A DNA stretch of 64,000 nucleotides from Stylophora pistillata (Eukaryota). Every line of letters begins with the position of its first letter. The first letter of the stretch is position 1. Of this stretch, positions 12,301 to 27,300 are shown piece by piece. Position numbers and translations under genes: made by a program. The notes beneath the pieces are model-generated. The model worked only from the letters and a program-made list of their open reading frames with translations. It did not search any database and was not told the origin of the DNA. The stretch lies in NCBI RefSeq assembly GCF_002571385.2, contig NW_019217786.1:1051676-1115675 (forward strand), given 5' to 3'.

Positions 12301-15300
12301 ATATCCTCGACTTATGTTGCTATGGCAGCGAAGAATCGTAAAGGAAGTTTCGAACGTTTATGCTAACATTCGGAACCAAATTATTTTGGTCCATCCATCG
12401 CATTCTTGTTCAGTATCATTTTTTAAAGGGGTTCTCAACGTTGCAGTTGCTCAGATGAAAACTATTTACTTTGTCTTTTATTTTCATTTGAAGAGCGAGC
12501 ATCTCCATGGCCGAAGTTCGATAAAGCAGTGTTGGAACTTCATGACTGGCTCGATACATTATCAGAGATGATGAAAACAGAGAAGATAGTCCTGGGAGAT
12601 TCTGAAGACATGGAAGGACTTTTGGAGAAACAAAAGGTATTTTAAGACTCACTGGCTTTTCTTCTTTTTCCTTCTCCTTCGTTCAAGAGCCCAAGCAGGT
12701 CTCGCTTGTTATGAGGTTATAAAGGGGAGGAATTGGACAAGGAAAAAAAAATTGAAAAAGATCATCGCTGACATGAGTGAAGCCTAGTGAATTTTTTGTT
12801 CAATTTCTTCTGCATTGAAGTTTGTATTAGGAAGTGAAACCAACTCAAGAGCTCGTTGTCACTGTAAGCCTTTTTCAGGAAATAAGTTTAATGCGCGTAA
12901 ATTTTTATTGTTTTAGTCCATAGACGAACAGCTTAAGACCAAACAGCATTTGTTGGACGAAATTGCTGAAATGGGTCAAAGTCTTGCTGATGATGCGCAG
13001 ACTGAGGAAGACAAGTTTTTGATCGACAGCAAAGTGAGTCGCGTGAGAACATGACACGGATTGCCCAAATATCTCGAGCCATTGAACTTTCCTTAGTTAG
13101 AAAGTTCTGAATTAGTTGAGCTTAATTCAGCCTCACAAATCTCATGTGCCTTTACTTCAAATATTCAAGAGATGAACCAGTCTAACTGTGTGACCTTATT
13201 TGGACGTTTGTATAGGTCAGCAAATTGAAGGGTCATTGGGAGACTATCGCGGACAATTCGAGCGTCTGGCGAGGTCAAATCGATTACTTGATCGAGGAAT
13301 GGAAGAGATTCGTGGAACTTCGGGAAGAGCTACTAGAGTGGATCAGGAAAGCCGAAGCTTATCTAGAAAAAGACGAGAACGTGTACGGCTACACGGTCAG
13401 CGAACTGGAAGAACAAATCGACAAACATAAGGTCAGTGAGGTATAATTGAACAGTAAAAGACATTTGTTGATTATAGGTCACAAATGTAAAGGATGATTT
13501 CCCTGTAAGAATTAAGGAAAGCCACAGACCTTCTAGTTGTGATGTAGGATACTCAATTAACTCGTTCAAATTGCCAGACAGGCCGCACAATAGGATCTTC
13601 TTATTTAATTGAAATATCCAAGAAATCTGAATTGAAGGGGAATTGAAAGAATGAAAATGATTGAAAATGAAATGATTGAATGTAACTCAATCATTTCCTT
13701 TCGAGGAACACTTGGCAGTACACGACTGGATAATTCCTTAACGCATGTACCCTTCTTGCCTCACCTCATAATAACTTCCTCTGAATTTACACAGGAGTTT
13801 GAAGATGATGTCGAAAACTGGCGCGGCAGTATCACTGCTGTGAATCAGTGCGGTGAACACTTGGTACAAGAATTCCCTCATTACGAATCGGGAGAACTGA
13901 AAAATTCCATGTCTGAGGTTAATGAGAGATGGAGTAAGATTACCAATAGGTAGGAACAGTGAAGATTGTAATTTACTTTTGTCTAAAGAGAACTGTGTAT
14001 TTCGCGACAGCTTTTGATCATACATCTGTGGAATAATCACAAAATATTAATTAACGATGAAGCCTATAAGTGTAACTAACGCCTATTATTTAACTTGCGA
14101 CGAACCTCATTTTATACTTTAAGTCAATTCAAAAAAGTTGTGTTCAGTTTCGGGCTGTTATTTGACTTTCCAGACTATCTGTATGTGTTTTACAAAGAGT
14201 CAAGATTTGTGCCCGCTTGCGTGTTACTCAAGTTTAGTCGTAACATAACGCTGGTATAACTCCTTTTCTTGTTGCTGTGCCTTTCCTTTCTATCATCGCT
14301 GGAAATGTTTACAACAATATGATTGAACACAAAACAATACAAATACCATAATGACTTTTTTTTTTTCTTTTTTTTTTTTTACGATGTCGTCCTTCGCTCA
14401 AATTTTCTTCAGTTTATTTCTTGTAACGTTACGTTGTGATCTTTGGGCTAGGAGTCGCGTGTTTTTTTGGTTATGAGATGGTTTTCCAAACAATAGAAAA
14501 CAGATCTGAAAAAAAAAAAGAACTTAAAAAAATTTTTATCATTCGACACTTGTACCAATTCAGATTGATGTGATCTATATCGGAGAATTTTTTTGTGGTG
14601 GAAAGATATTGAATTGGGCTATAAATGCATATATTTGTTAACTTTAGATTGAGAAGTCCTGGTTTCACAAGAAATTAACATCAAGGTATTATGCCGGTTT
14701 TGTCAACGTCTAAATTTTTCGGGTTGATCGCAATGCATGTCTTTTTCTCAAAGCTGTAGTTTTAAGAAATCTCTTTGGTACTCGTGCAAATTTCTTTGAA
14801 CAAAGCAAAGACTAATTATTGACTGAACGATTAGACCACCTATTGAGTTCTTCTCTTAGGAAAGTAAATAATAACAGATATGATGCTAATTAGCTGATTT
14901 AAAATTGAAATTCTTAATAAATACCGTACTTCCGAGATCAGATATAATTTTTTTGTGAAGTATTTCATGTGATTTCTAAAAATCTTGTACGGTGTGAAGG
15001 ATCCTGTGCTGATCTTTTAATTTAGGTAGAGTGAAAAGTGGTGCATATCACGCCCATTTTATTTTGAAACGCATATTTAAGAAAGAAGAATCGAACTCCC
15101 TTTTGATATGATGTAACGAAAGTAGTAAAGAATCTAACAGCTGCTATGTCTGACCACTTTAATTTTTAAATTGGCGTGCTTTTGAAATAGTTTGTCTTAG
15201 CGTACTCTTGGGAGCATCTTTACACAATTTGTAGGAGACGTTTTAGCGGAACTGAGAAACAAAATTGCGTTAGGTACATGTAAGAGAATAATTCTGAGAT

Positions 15301-18300
15301 CGTCTATTCATCATGCGTTGTTGGAGTTGCTTGTTTGAGAGGTAATCTTTTATTTTACAGTCGCTAACCCATTGGGTAGATGCTGATAAGTATAAAGGCA
15401 TGGTGCGCGCCTTAAATTTCCCTCTTTGAAAAACTAATTCAGCTGATTTTAAAGTAAGAGTGCGACCAGATCAAACTGCGCTTAACATGGGACAATCTGT
15501 CGGACCCTTTTGTGTTTTGGCCGTTGTTGTCTGCGCGTTTGGCTATTACGTAGCAGATTTTGTCGTTGTCGTATTTATATGGGTGCTTTTTATTACTTCA
15601 GATCTGACTCTCGTAAGAAACATCTGAAGGAAGCCTTTGACCGCATGGTGCGATTCCACGAGGACATGATCAATGCACTAACATGGCTGACGTCAGCTGA
15701 GTCTAAAGTAGCGGAGTTAGATAGCGCAGTGGAAGCAACAAGTACCGAGGAGCAGCAAGACATGGATGCACTCAGGAAGGAATTGAAAGTAGGTCTCCAG
15801 TTTGCTGCATTGCAGCACACTCAATTTCAATTTTGTTGACGTGTGATAAACAGTAAATTAGTCGTGAGAGGGAATGCGCCGTTAGTGTTAGAGAATATTA
15901 CGTGTGTATTATTTGAGAGTACTGTGTCGAAGGCGAACTACTAATGACAATAAAGATAATACACCATGTTAATTTAGGGTGACACGTTGCAATGCCTCTG
16001 ATAAATTTGTAGCGCCTCTATGTGGTGATAATAATCATATCGACGAGTAATTCGACAGTATTCGCTGAGCCTGGGGCGAATAATCATGTTAACGCAAAAA
16101 CTTGGTTCATTCTCAGAGCGACTTCATTTTCTTAAACTGTCTTTAATTATTTTGCATGGGGTGGATATCACAAGATCTGACGTAGTCTTCGACCAATCAG
16201 GACACGTGCATCTCTGTGTTCACCCGAACAATTCCACAAAAGCGATTATTTGTGGAGAGGAGAAAATGAACTATTGCCCCTTCCAGTTAACATTGTAACC
16301 AATCGTTTCTATCAAAAAGTACGCGAAATTCCTAAACGAACTATCCTACAAGGGCACTTTACTAAGGTTATTTTCAGACAGTTTGTAATGTTCGGAGTGT
16401 TTCGATTGTTTTATCATTGTTTTAGTTCCTTGAAGATGACATCAATGGACATCAAGAAATGTTTGCTTCGCTGAACGAAAATGGCCAGCTGATTATGGCC
16501 GAGATGGAGCCTGGGGACGTGCTAACCGCTGTTCAAGCCAAGCTTGATGATATGAATGACAGGTGCCAATCACATCCCTTCTTTTGAGAGATATCGTATT
16601 CGACTTTGTGGTGGTGTTCACGTTTTGCGGAGCGTCTTAATTGATTTTATTTTGTTTTTTCCCCTTCATCATTGAAAGATGGCAGTCACTCAATGTTCGT
16701 ACGCTGGACATCCGAGATCGGCTGGAGGACACTAGTACCGAGTGGCGTCAGTTATTGATGGATCTTCAGGAGATAATCGATTGGATTGCACGTGCTGATC
16801 AGGAGCTGACTCTTCAACAGCCAATAGGAGGAGACGTGGAAAGCGTGCGCAACCAGAACGAGATGCACCAAGTAACGATTTCTGTCTAATAAAAGAATTT
16901 GACCTAAAAATAGATCGTTGAGCCCTCAAAATTAAACCAATTGCTTCCATTTTTGGGTTGTTGAAATATTGCTTATGTGTAACAAGGTTTTCAAAACGTG
17001 TAGTTTTGGTTTGGAGCGCTTATGTCCAGCAGTCTCTCTCTTTCGGACAAGATTGAAATTTCAAGGAACAGTCCTCGTAAATTCTTTGTAACTGATTCAA
17101 TTTTTTCTGCTGCATCTCAAATTTGGAAAAAATATTGCTTGCGTTAGATAAGATGAATTGCTTAATGAGTGGCTAGTAAGGAGTGTTAATTAGCTGAAAG
17201 AATTATGATTGTAAAACTTTGTGGTCTCCTCCACTTGTAGGCTTTCAAGGGCAAACTAAATGTGAGGCGTCTGGTTGTCGATCGCGCTCTGGACGACAGC
17301 CGAAGGGTTTTAGAAGAATATAAAACTGACCGAGCCGCTGACGAACCAAAAGATTCACCACGGGTGCGCATTGCACAGAATCTTAAACGTCAGATCGACA
17401 CGGTCAGTGAACGCTGGTCAATGTTGTGCCGGCGATCAGAGGATTGGCAGCAGTGGATCGATGAAGTCCTAAGGGTAAGTAGTCTTTAAGGTAACAGGAA
17501 AGAGATGTGTTCCTTTAAGTCCAAGCGTTGGTCAATTGTGCCATCGTTCTAGATTTGATACTTCTTGCGAAATTTGGCTCGGAAATATACGCCATTTCGT
17601 AGTGTGGGGCAATCTTTATCGGTGCAAATGCGTCTAAAATATCGCGAGAGATGAGTGAATAAAAAAAAAAAAAGGAGAAAAAAAATGCACTTTTTTTTAG
17701 GCACCGGTTGTTCAATGGGTGGATAAATAACGCTATCGACTGGATAAATATCGGGTGGGTAGCTCTGTTCGTTTTGTTGCCACTTCAGTCTCCGCTGGAT
17801 AGCGGTTAATCAGTTGGATAGCGTTATCCGCCCTTTGAACGACGGGGGCCCCTGGTCGACCGTCAGTGGCCTAGTACTGTAGAGGGTAGGGTGGTGAACG
17901 AGAAGATTGCATGGTGCTCGAATGCAAGAGGGTTTCCAAGATAAACCACGGCAGCGAGGAAAGCGTGGCTGTTAGGGAGGAAAGGAATTATAAAATTTGG
18001 TTGGCGAAGGTTTCTCTCGTCCGGCTCTCGCGTGTCTTACGAAACAATACCTACTCGATTTTAAATTGGACTCTTAAACGTACCTTCCTTCAGCTAGGGT
18101 ATCGTATGTCGTATACATCTATTTTAAACTTATTATACAATTATATTGAAATATGAAAGCTATCAAGATGCACTTCAAATAGAGAACGGTCCTGGTATTT
18201 TTGTCTTGTTTGCACTATTTATCTTTCTTCATCGGATACACCTTTGATTCAATGGAAGAGTTTAGAGCACATAGGTCACGTGGAAACCACTCATATCCGG

Positions 18301-21300
18301 CCCATCGCATCAGCAAGCAATACAGGTTCATATTTCACAATTAGTCTTGCACTCAGTGTTGACTTAAATTAAATACGTATCAAATCGTAAAATATCCAGG
18401 ATCTTTGTAACTTTGTGGCAAAATGGTAAGTGCTAAACACTTTATGAAGGTTATTGGACGCAGTTGTTTAGCAGACAGTTTAGCAGTTGGTAACTTAAGT
18501 TGAAATTTCATTCTGATAATTAGTGGTACTGTAATGAATTTATGGTTGTTTTTCATGGAGGTTACTGGTGCGAAGCTGTCGTTCATTGCTATAATCTGTC
18601 ATTGGAGCAATTCGTATTTGTTCTGAGCTAAGCGGCTGATCAATTTTTTCCCTTCGCCTCGGTGAGTGATGCGTCGTTTTGTGGTCGTCAAAAAATCACA
18701 TAGAAATTTATCTCTACGCATAACAGGAAACGTGAATGGATCTTGACCTCCGCGCACAGTTTAGCCCTCTTTTCGAGGTTAAATGTTGCAGTCATTTAGC
18801 GTAAATTGTCCCGTAAATTGGTTCATTTTTTACCCTTAAGTTTTCACGCACTTAAGTTTACGACCAGTTCCCGGGACGAACATTTTATCCGTGTAGTTTG
18901 TATTGAGAAGACAATAACATTTCAGGAATTTCCCACACTTAACGAATTTCGACCCGTATTAATGGCAATCCGATCACAATCTCATGGAAGCTGGGCTGGT
19001 CAGTGAAGAAGGAAACGCTTAGTCACCTTCTTTCGTCAACAACAAGCCAAAAAAAAGAAACTAAGAATGATTCGCCGGTTTAGTGACGTTTTCGATATTA
19101 TTAGCTGAAAGCAAGAATTGTTGGGAACCTTTCCTATGCGGTTTTGAACAATGATCCAGTATTTAACACTCACTTTCACACGGCTCAACTGTAATTGGAC
19201 ACTAAACTCCATTAATATGTTGTATAAGATGTGTACTGGAGAAAAATTTAACACTTGTTTTGGTATTTAATTCTTATGCTTTTGCTCTTATACAAAATAG
19301 TAAGAAGTCGTGGATTTGTTTCTACCGCTGAAACAGCCGTGCGTTTGTCCGCCATCGTTTCGTTAATTGATTTATCTCCATTATGCACATGTTGAGTTAA
19401 CCTATTAATTTCAAATTTGATTCTTTTTTTTTGCAAATACCACGTAAAGTTGTATGCCAAGTTCATTTTTTTCAGAGTCAATATAGGTTAAATATTTACA
19501 CACGGAACTCGAAGACCTTGGTCACGCAATTTTATTTAGATTCGTCGCGTAGAATTTTGCATCGAAAATGAATTTTTGAAGTACTACCTCTACTAACAGA
19601 AGAATTGATAACCTGTACTGATTTTAAATGGAAAAAGGATCATTAGTTGAGTTTCAGAGAAGTGAAACCCATCTCATGAACATCATAGGATTTCCTTTTG
19701 TAACGGAAAATAATGTTGAGTCAATTTGTTCAAGTGTTATTGATGCTTGATCGCAACAACACGGAAACAATATGCGAGAACCGAATTGATATGATATCTC
19801 TTGAAGATCTTGTTTTTTTAATTAAAAAGAGCATCTCTTTTTTAAAATGCTCAAAGTGGGTAACCCGCCAACTCCTAAGATCTGATTTTTTATTCTCCCC
19901 TCTAGCTGCTAGACATTTCCTTGTAAAAAAAAAAAAAAAGAAAAAATATATGAACTTCATATATTCTTTGTATCTGATTTATCATCACGGGTTTATTACG
20001 AATCAACTTAACGGCCTGCTCCCAGTTGGCTTGTTAGCTCAATTGTTAGAGCGCTGCACTAGTATCGCAGAGGTCAGTGGTTCGAATCCCGTACAGGCCT
20101 GATTTTTTTCAGGTCTGATTTTCGCTATTGCATAAATAGCGCTCTCTACTGCGAGGATCGTGCATCATACGTATTTCCTTGTAAGTTAATTATAAGAAGT
20201 TGGTGTGAGATCAAGACATCAACTTCTGCCTGATAAGTTTGGGTATTCGTATTACTTGGTTGCTGGATAATGTGTGGAAGTTTTAGGGAGTGGTTACATG
20301 ATAATCACTTGACTAAAAAGCAATTTGATCATTGGTAACTAATCAACATTTGAATCATTTCCTGGCGGTTCCCGTTACTTTTGGGAAAGTTCCCAGTTGA
20401 ATTTAGTTGTTTCTACAATACGCGTGATTTGTATTCCCTGTCTGCTGTCGGGAAGAGTAAAACTCTTCCATTATTTGTCTTAATTTGGATATATCAACAA
20501 AGTTGAAATGGTAAATTGGCCACCGTAATGATTACAAAAGCTGACGTTTCGAGCGTTAGCCCTTCGTCGGAGCGAATAGAGGAATTGTGGGTTGTGTGTG
20601 CTTTTAAAGGCAGAAAATGGAGCTACGTTATTGGTGGGTGCATGGCAACGAGAAAAACAAGAGTAAATTAGTGGAATGAAAAGCGTTCATTGATCCCTGT
20701 GGGATTGAGACTGCCGGTTTGAAAGATGAGCTTTTGTTCAAGATTTTTACGGCTTTCCGTGCCACCTAAGTGCAAGGAAAGACCGCAGATTGCCATATGT
20801 TGCTTAGAATGATTAGGTAAATTAAAATGTCTAGCGACTGGTTTAGATGTGTCCTTGTCATTCCTTTCCACGTCTCGAAGGTGTTCTCGGAATCGGTCAC
20901 CTAGTCTTCTGCCCGTTTCGCCGATGTATATCTTTTTGCAATAAGTGCAAGTTATGCAATAGATTACATTAGCAGAGGTGCACGTGAAGTATTTGTCTTC
21001 TCTTTTTTTTTTTTTGCATAATCTAAAAGTAGCAACTAAAACCCGCTCTGAACCTAAGATAGCCTAACTCTTGTTTACACAAGAAATTCCGCTTTGATGT
21101 ACACGCTTGCGCTTTAAAAATGAAAATCGTATTATCCGCCTACTTATCAAGTTATCATCCTGTGGATTTTTTGGGTCTATATTCAAAGGAGATTTATTGC
21201 AAGGTTTTTATTCAACTTTTTTAGATAAGCAACTACTTTTGTTTGCTCAAATTACGGGTTAAAGTACTTGTGAAACTGAAGTACATGTGCTGATAAAACT

Positions 21301-24300
21301 GGAACATAAATTATCTGTTGAGAAAACATTTCCTGTCTGCAGAAATGATTTGGATTGTTGAAATATTTATTTAGTTATGAGCTTTACTTCATGACATGCT
21401 GCAGACGTTCCTGCCATTTTTATGCGATCGAGAAAGGGGGGAGAGAGAGCGGGAGAGAGATGCCAAATGCAACATATTTCATTTAACTTATGGATGTTTT
21501 GGTTTGTAATAGTTTTTATGCACATCCTGTAAGACCTCTCAGTGTTTGTTTTTTAAAGAAATTCAAGAGAAAGGAGTTCTACTTTAAAACTTAAATATTT
21601 AACCCGGGCTTATTATGCAAGTAGAACATCACTGAAGCGTCTTATCTATTATACGATACTACCAAACTGATTATGTTCGTTGAAACTTCCGACAGGGGAT
21701 GTCTTTTCTATTGACGTTAGGTATTTAGCACTTATCGTAATGAGCGAACTTTCGTGTTTGGTGTTTCCTTGACAAGACTTGTTAACTTGAGTTTTAATCG
21801 AAAATCGGAATTAACATTATCTTACTCGAGTTTTACAGGTGTAGGAAAAAAACTCTTCATCGAGCGCTCCGGAAAATACAAAAACACCTTTTGATGTAAA
21901 TGTCTGAGTAGTTCTTGATGTAAGCCTGTCCTCACTCTATCCTCTGTCTTCTATGCCTAAGCTTAGTATTATTGTGGAATAATCCAATCCAAGGTTTTTT
22001 TTTTTTTTTAAGAACGGCATCTATAACTCAGTTGTTTTAGCTGAGTTGGATGAGAATTAGTATAAATCTACTAGCGTTCTATCACAGTCTGATTGGCTAT
22101 GCTACTCGCTATCTATTCCGCGATAACTAGTGAGTAGAGTTAAAGAAGTGAACTGCACGTGGCTTATCATTATTCAATAAAACATGACCCTGTTTTGTTA
22201 AGTTTTGATCGACTCGTCACTGATAGAATTCTCGAACTCGTAGCCTGAATGCTTAGTAGACCACTTTAAAAACAAACGAAACCATGTCCTAATTAACATG
22301 GTGACGTAACATCAGCAAGCCAATTGTCATGAATGAGGCATTAAACGTGCAGAGTTTGAGAGAATCAATCCTACCGCCTAAAGCTGCGTGTAGAACACTG
22401 ATATTGTATTTTGCGGATCTGACAATAAGAAATTATTCCTACCTGTACCCATTCGGCATGACCCAGCCCTATTATAGGTTGTGATGTGGAATTGGATAAG
22501 AGTAATGCTCACTTTTCCAGCGAATTCCTTTTGTTTATTTATTTTAATATTTTTCTAAACAGAAGTTGCAGCTTTTCCAGGGCCAGATGGAAGAGATTGA
22601 TGTTCGGTTGGTTGAGGCCGAGCAAGCTAAATCGAACTGGACACCAGTTCAAGATCTCGTCATTGACTCGCTCTCCGAACAGATGGATGAACTCAAGGTA
22701 GTGATAATCAAGGAGTACATTTAAAAAGATGATGATCTCTTGACTATCCGTATTGTGTTCCAAATGTCATTTTTCAATGTTATTTTAGACGCCGTACAAG
22801 CACAACTGTTTTCCAAAAGCCTTGTATAAAAACTTACCTTTCCTAAAGGCTTTCTCAATATTAATCGTCTATTGAGTTAAAAAAATAATTTGTCCTGATC
22901 AGCACTTCTTGATCGGTACCTTTAGCTTCTTTTTGAGTGAGATACTTAACCTTTAAAATTGAACTGCTACTCTTGATGGCATCTGGAGTTCAAATCATGA
23001 AGTGAGACTCTTGGCAATGCCTGGCCTCAACGTCAAGCTCGAATATAGGTGTTCTGCTAATTCTTAAGCGTTGAAATATTGATTATTTCAATTACAAAGT
23101 CACCACTCTCCGAGCAATTTATGAATTGCTTTCTGGCGACCATATAAAACAGAAGTACCTTCTTCTCATCCGGGTTTTCTTATACTCATCCGAGTTATTT
23201 TATCTCCTGTAGAGTCTCCAAGAACAAATCGCATCTCTTCAGAACATGTTTGAGACTCTCAGCAGCACAGAGAGCGAAATGAGGAGAGAGGGTGTGTCAC
23301 TGTCACCAAATCTTCAAAACCGGATTGACCAGCTGTACCGAAGATGGAAACAATTACAGATCCAACTGCTACAAAGACAACACGCCCTGCAAGAAGCCTA
23401 CTCCAGCTTTGATACTTCATCTGTGCAAGGATTACAAGGTCTGTGGATTTCCTCAATATTGCAGGCGTTTTGTTAGTGTACACCAGATAGGTTCATAAAA
23501 TAACGTCAGTTTGCCAAGGCGCTTGGTGTATTTTGCTTATTTCTTTTCCCCGACCTTCCTTTACTTTAATAATGCAAAATGGCAGCCATGACACAGCTCG
23601 CGTAAGAATGCTGAGCGTTGTTTAGCTGGAATATGTCTTTTATGTACTAGTAATTTCAGCCAGTTTGTTGACCTGAATAACTTACTTTCCTTTTCGTCAT
23701 TAGCGAGTGTCGAACCACCCTGGGAACGAGCGGTAGCGCTGAACAAGGTTCCCTACTACATTAAGTAAGTTTGCAGGTTTTGCCTTTCTTGTTTACAGCA
23801 TCGATTTCTCCCTGGCTTTGTTTCTGTTAACACGTTTCACTGCTGAAAATTGTTCGGCTACTATGATATTTGCCGCTTGCTTGTTGTTTCAGTCTGCACT
23901 ATTAGCTTGTACTAGTAGACGTTCTGTTACTGACAATTACTTTTTCACTGTGTTCATAATTAATATTTCCTCGTTATAACTTGTGTCACAGCCACAAGAC
24001 AGAAACAACACAGTGGGATCATCCAAAGATGACCGAGCTTTACCATCAAATCGGTGAGTACTCCATTATCTAGGAGCAATAAGAACGACAAACCTTGTAA
24101 CTTTTGATACGGATTCCACACGGCCAACGACTGAGCCTCCGAATTTCCCACTTTTTGGAGAAGAGGTTAGATGTTGATAGAAATTTGCTTTTAGAATGAC
24201 TGTGCTTAATTTTCTTGTTTCCCTCTCTTTGCAGCGGAATTGAACGACATCAAGTACAGCGCTTACAGAACAGCCATGAAACTCAGATGTATTCAGAAGG

Positions 24301-27300
24301 CTACTAGTCGTAAGTTGATCTTCACTTGTTTTCTGTCTTGAGTTTTGAATGTTTTTCAAGTTCCTATTTTATAATTTTCCCATTTATCTCGTTTAAGGGG
24401 GCTATTTTCCCCGCATAATAGTTGTAGACAGAACAGAACTTTTCCTTTATCGATCCGTAAATAACATTAAAGGAAAATACTCTGAATTCTTTTCGAAACT
24501 AGGTAAGCTTATTGTTTTTGCTATACACGTGAAGATAAATGGCAAGGGCTTAAAATATTGTTTTCAAGTTTGATTTAACAACCATTGATATATGAAATAT
24601 ATTGCATTTCAAAATGTGGATAAACATTGGTTGTGCTCTGATAAACAGACCTGAGGTATTTATTAATTCGACAATTTGTTCTCTAAACAGTGGACCTGGT
24701 GACCCTCAACAATGTGATATCAGCCTTTGAGCAGCACCATCTGAAACAATCTACCAACGATTCTTTAATCGGTGTCCCGGATATGGTCAAGGTATTGACG
24801 ACTATATATGAGAACATTGAGGTGCCAGCGGATTTATCGATGACCAGCAATGAGTTCTGTGTTGACCTGACGCTTAACTGGCTTCTTAACGTCTATGACA
24901 GGTAACTATTTCAATTACAGTTTGTTGGCATGGTTACATTGCTTAACTTAGCGACTGAAATGGCTTTAGGCCGAGTATCATCGTTTTAGTTCGAGTAATG
25001 TTAGCCGACTTCTAATGCCAAGACAGTTTTACATGCTCCTCGAGACATAATTACCTCTCTGGAGCACCAGTTAGGGTTCTCCTCTTTCCCCCCCCCCCCA
25101 TCGCCGACGAGTCGAGGGGGTAGGGAGGAGAGAGGAGGGGAGGCAGCAAGTATTGAAGCCAATTTTTCCAGAGTTATATAGGGTTTAAAGTATATTCGTC
25201 TGTGAAATTTTAATTGCATTTTAAGTGTGTTTCCTTCTCAGAACATCGTTCTGCACAAGGGCATTTAAAGTTAAGTCTGTTTCCTTCTTTCAGCGGGCGA
25301 GTCGGAAAAATTCGTGTTCTATCATTCAAAATTGGTCTGGTGACAATGGCTAGAGCTCATTTAGAAGACAAATACAAATGTAAGAATTTGAAGGTTTGAT
25401 TTTGTGTTATGCTTAAATATTTTCTTGCGTGGTCCAGGTTAAAAAAAAAGTTCGATGTCTCTTTCAGATTTATACCGGCTTGTTACGGACGAAAAAGGCT
25501 TAATGGACCACAAGCAACTTGGATTGCTCTTACATGACTCGTTACAGGTGAATTGAAGCTCTGTTTTCGTTACTGAATGTTGTACAGCCTGACATCGAGA
25601 CAAAAACAGGGCTGTTACTCGTTAAATACGGGCATTTAATTGGGAACAAGACATTCTCCTGGTCTAATTTTTTTTATCAGAACCTTATATCAAGATATGG
25701 TGTCTTAACCTGATAGATCTACTTAATGTCAAGATTTTATTCCCATTTGCTTTGCAGATTCCCCGTCAACTGGGTGAGATCGCCGCTTTTGGTGGCAGTA
25801 ACATTGAACCGAGTGTGAGAAGCTGTTTCTCGAAGGTAGGCCACTTCAGAGGTTCCAAACTCAAAGTTTTTTAAATTAATCATTTGGAATCATAAAATTG
25901 TCGCAAAATCTTAACATCAGGTCATAAACACTGCGAGATTAAGACTCTGCGTAGCTTGTAACGCTGAACCTGACGGTGTGAAAATGGTGATATCATTATC
26001 GTGACGAATTCCCCTCTAAATACATTGGTGTGGCAGAACGTTCCTTTAGGATTGGAACAGGAAACACGCCCCATCCTATCGGCCGAGCAGATGCACCACT
26101 AAAACAATTCGCCTCTTGTTGTTTTATTTTACTCTGAGCTCTCATCTCCTTCCTTGTGATATTTCGATCCCTCTCTTCTGATTAGCATCGGGGAACATTT
26201 TAGCCATTTTGTTTTACCAGACCCAGTCGAAATACGCTGATTGAAATGATCTCTTCCTCCTGAGTGCCATTCCATAACTACTCCAGTGAACGCTCTAAAT
26301 CTGATATGTCGGTCGAGCTAAGTTTAATTCGGCAAGCACCACATCTTTGGTCTCTTGCTTCTATGAATTAGTTAATTTGGTTAGGCAGGGGACGTTAAAG
26401 AACCCACTCACGAGATTACTGTGATGTGGTCTGACCTGCTTACTGGGAATTTGGGGAAGGGGGCATCTTCAAATAAGTTTCCTTCGATTGTTTGTAAACT
26501 GCTGATGCAGTCCGGCCAAAGTCCCCCGAAAAGTGTCGTGATGCGCATTTGATCATATCCACATGTTAGTTTGCGCAATATAAATATTAAATTATTATTA
26601 TTACTATTATTATTATTAATAATATTATTATTATTATTGGTCATAAGTTCAAACAGAATATCAGTCAATAGTCTAGAACTGATTTGATCTTTGCTGTCTG
26701 TTGTCTGCAGGCAGGAGAAAAAAAGACCATCGACTGTGCAGAGTTTATGACGTGGTTATCAGAGGAACCTCAGTCTATTGTTTGGCTCCCAACACTTCAC
26801 AGACTGGCCGCGTCAGAGGCTGGTAAGCACTTCACTTCAAATTTGCTTTTGTGATCTAGTATTTCTTTATTACATTCATACCTTTGGTAATTTTGCTGAA
26901 AGAAGTTAAGCGATTACTGTTTTAAAGACGCAAAAGCTTCTGGTTTTCTCTGTCATTCACGTTCTTTTTTTTCTTTTTTCCCCTCTTATAGTGAAACACA
27001 AAGCAAAGTGCAGCATTTGTAAAGAGTACCCTATTGTTGGGTTTAGGTGGGTGAATTTTCTTCAAGGTCACCCTTCTGTTTCTTTATTTGGACTCAGTGC
27101 TTTCTTTAGTGCATTACAAAGATATCCTCTTAAAATGTTTTGTATTTGTTGCAGGTTCCGTTGTCTAAAGTGCTTCAACTACGATTTATGTCAGGTATTA
27201 ACCATTGAATGTGGAGAGTATTGCTTTTCTAGCTGTTGGCAGCAAATGAACCTCTCTAGTTTCCTAACCATCATATTTGTCATTCCTCATCAGAGCTGCT

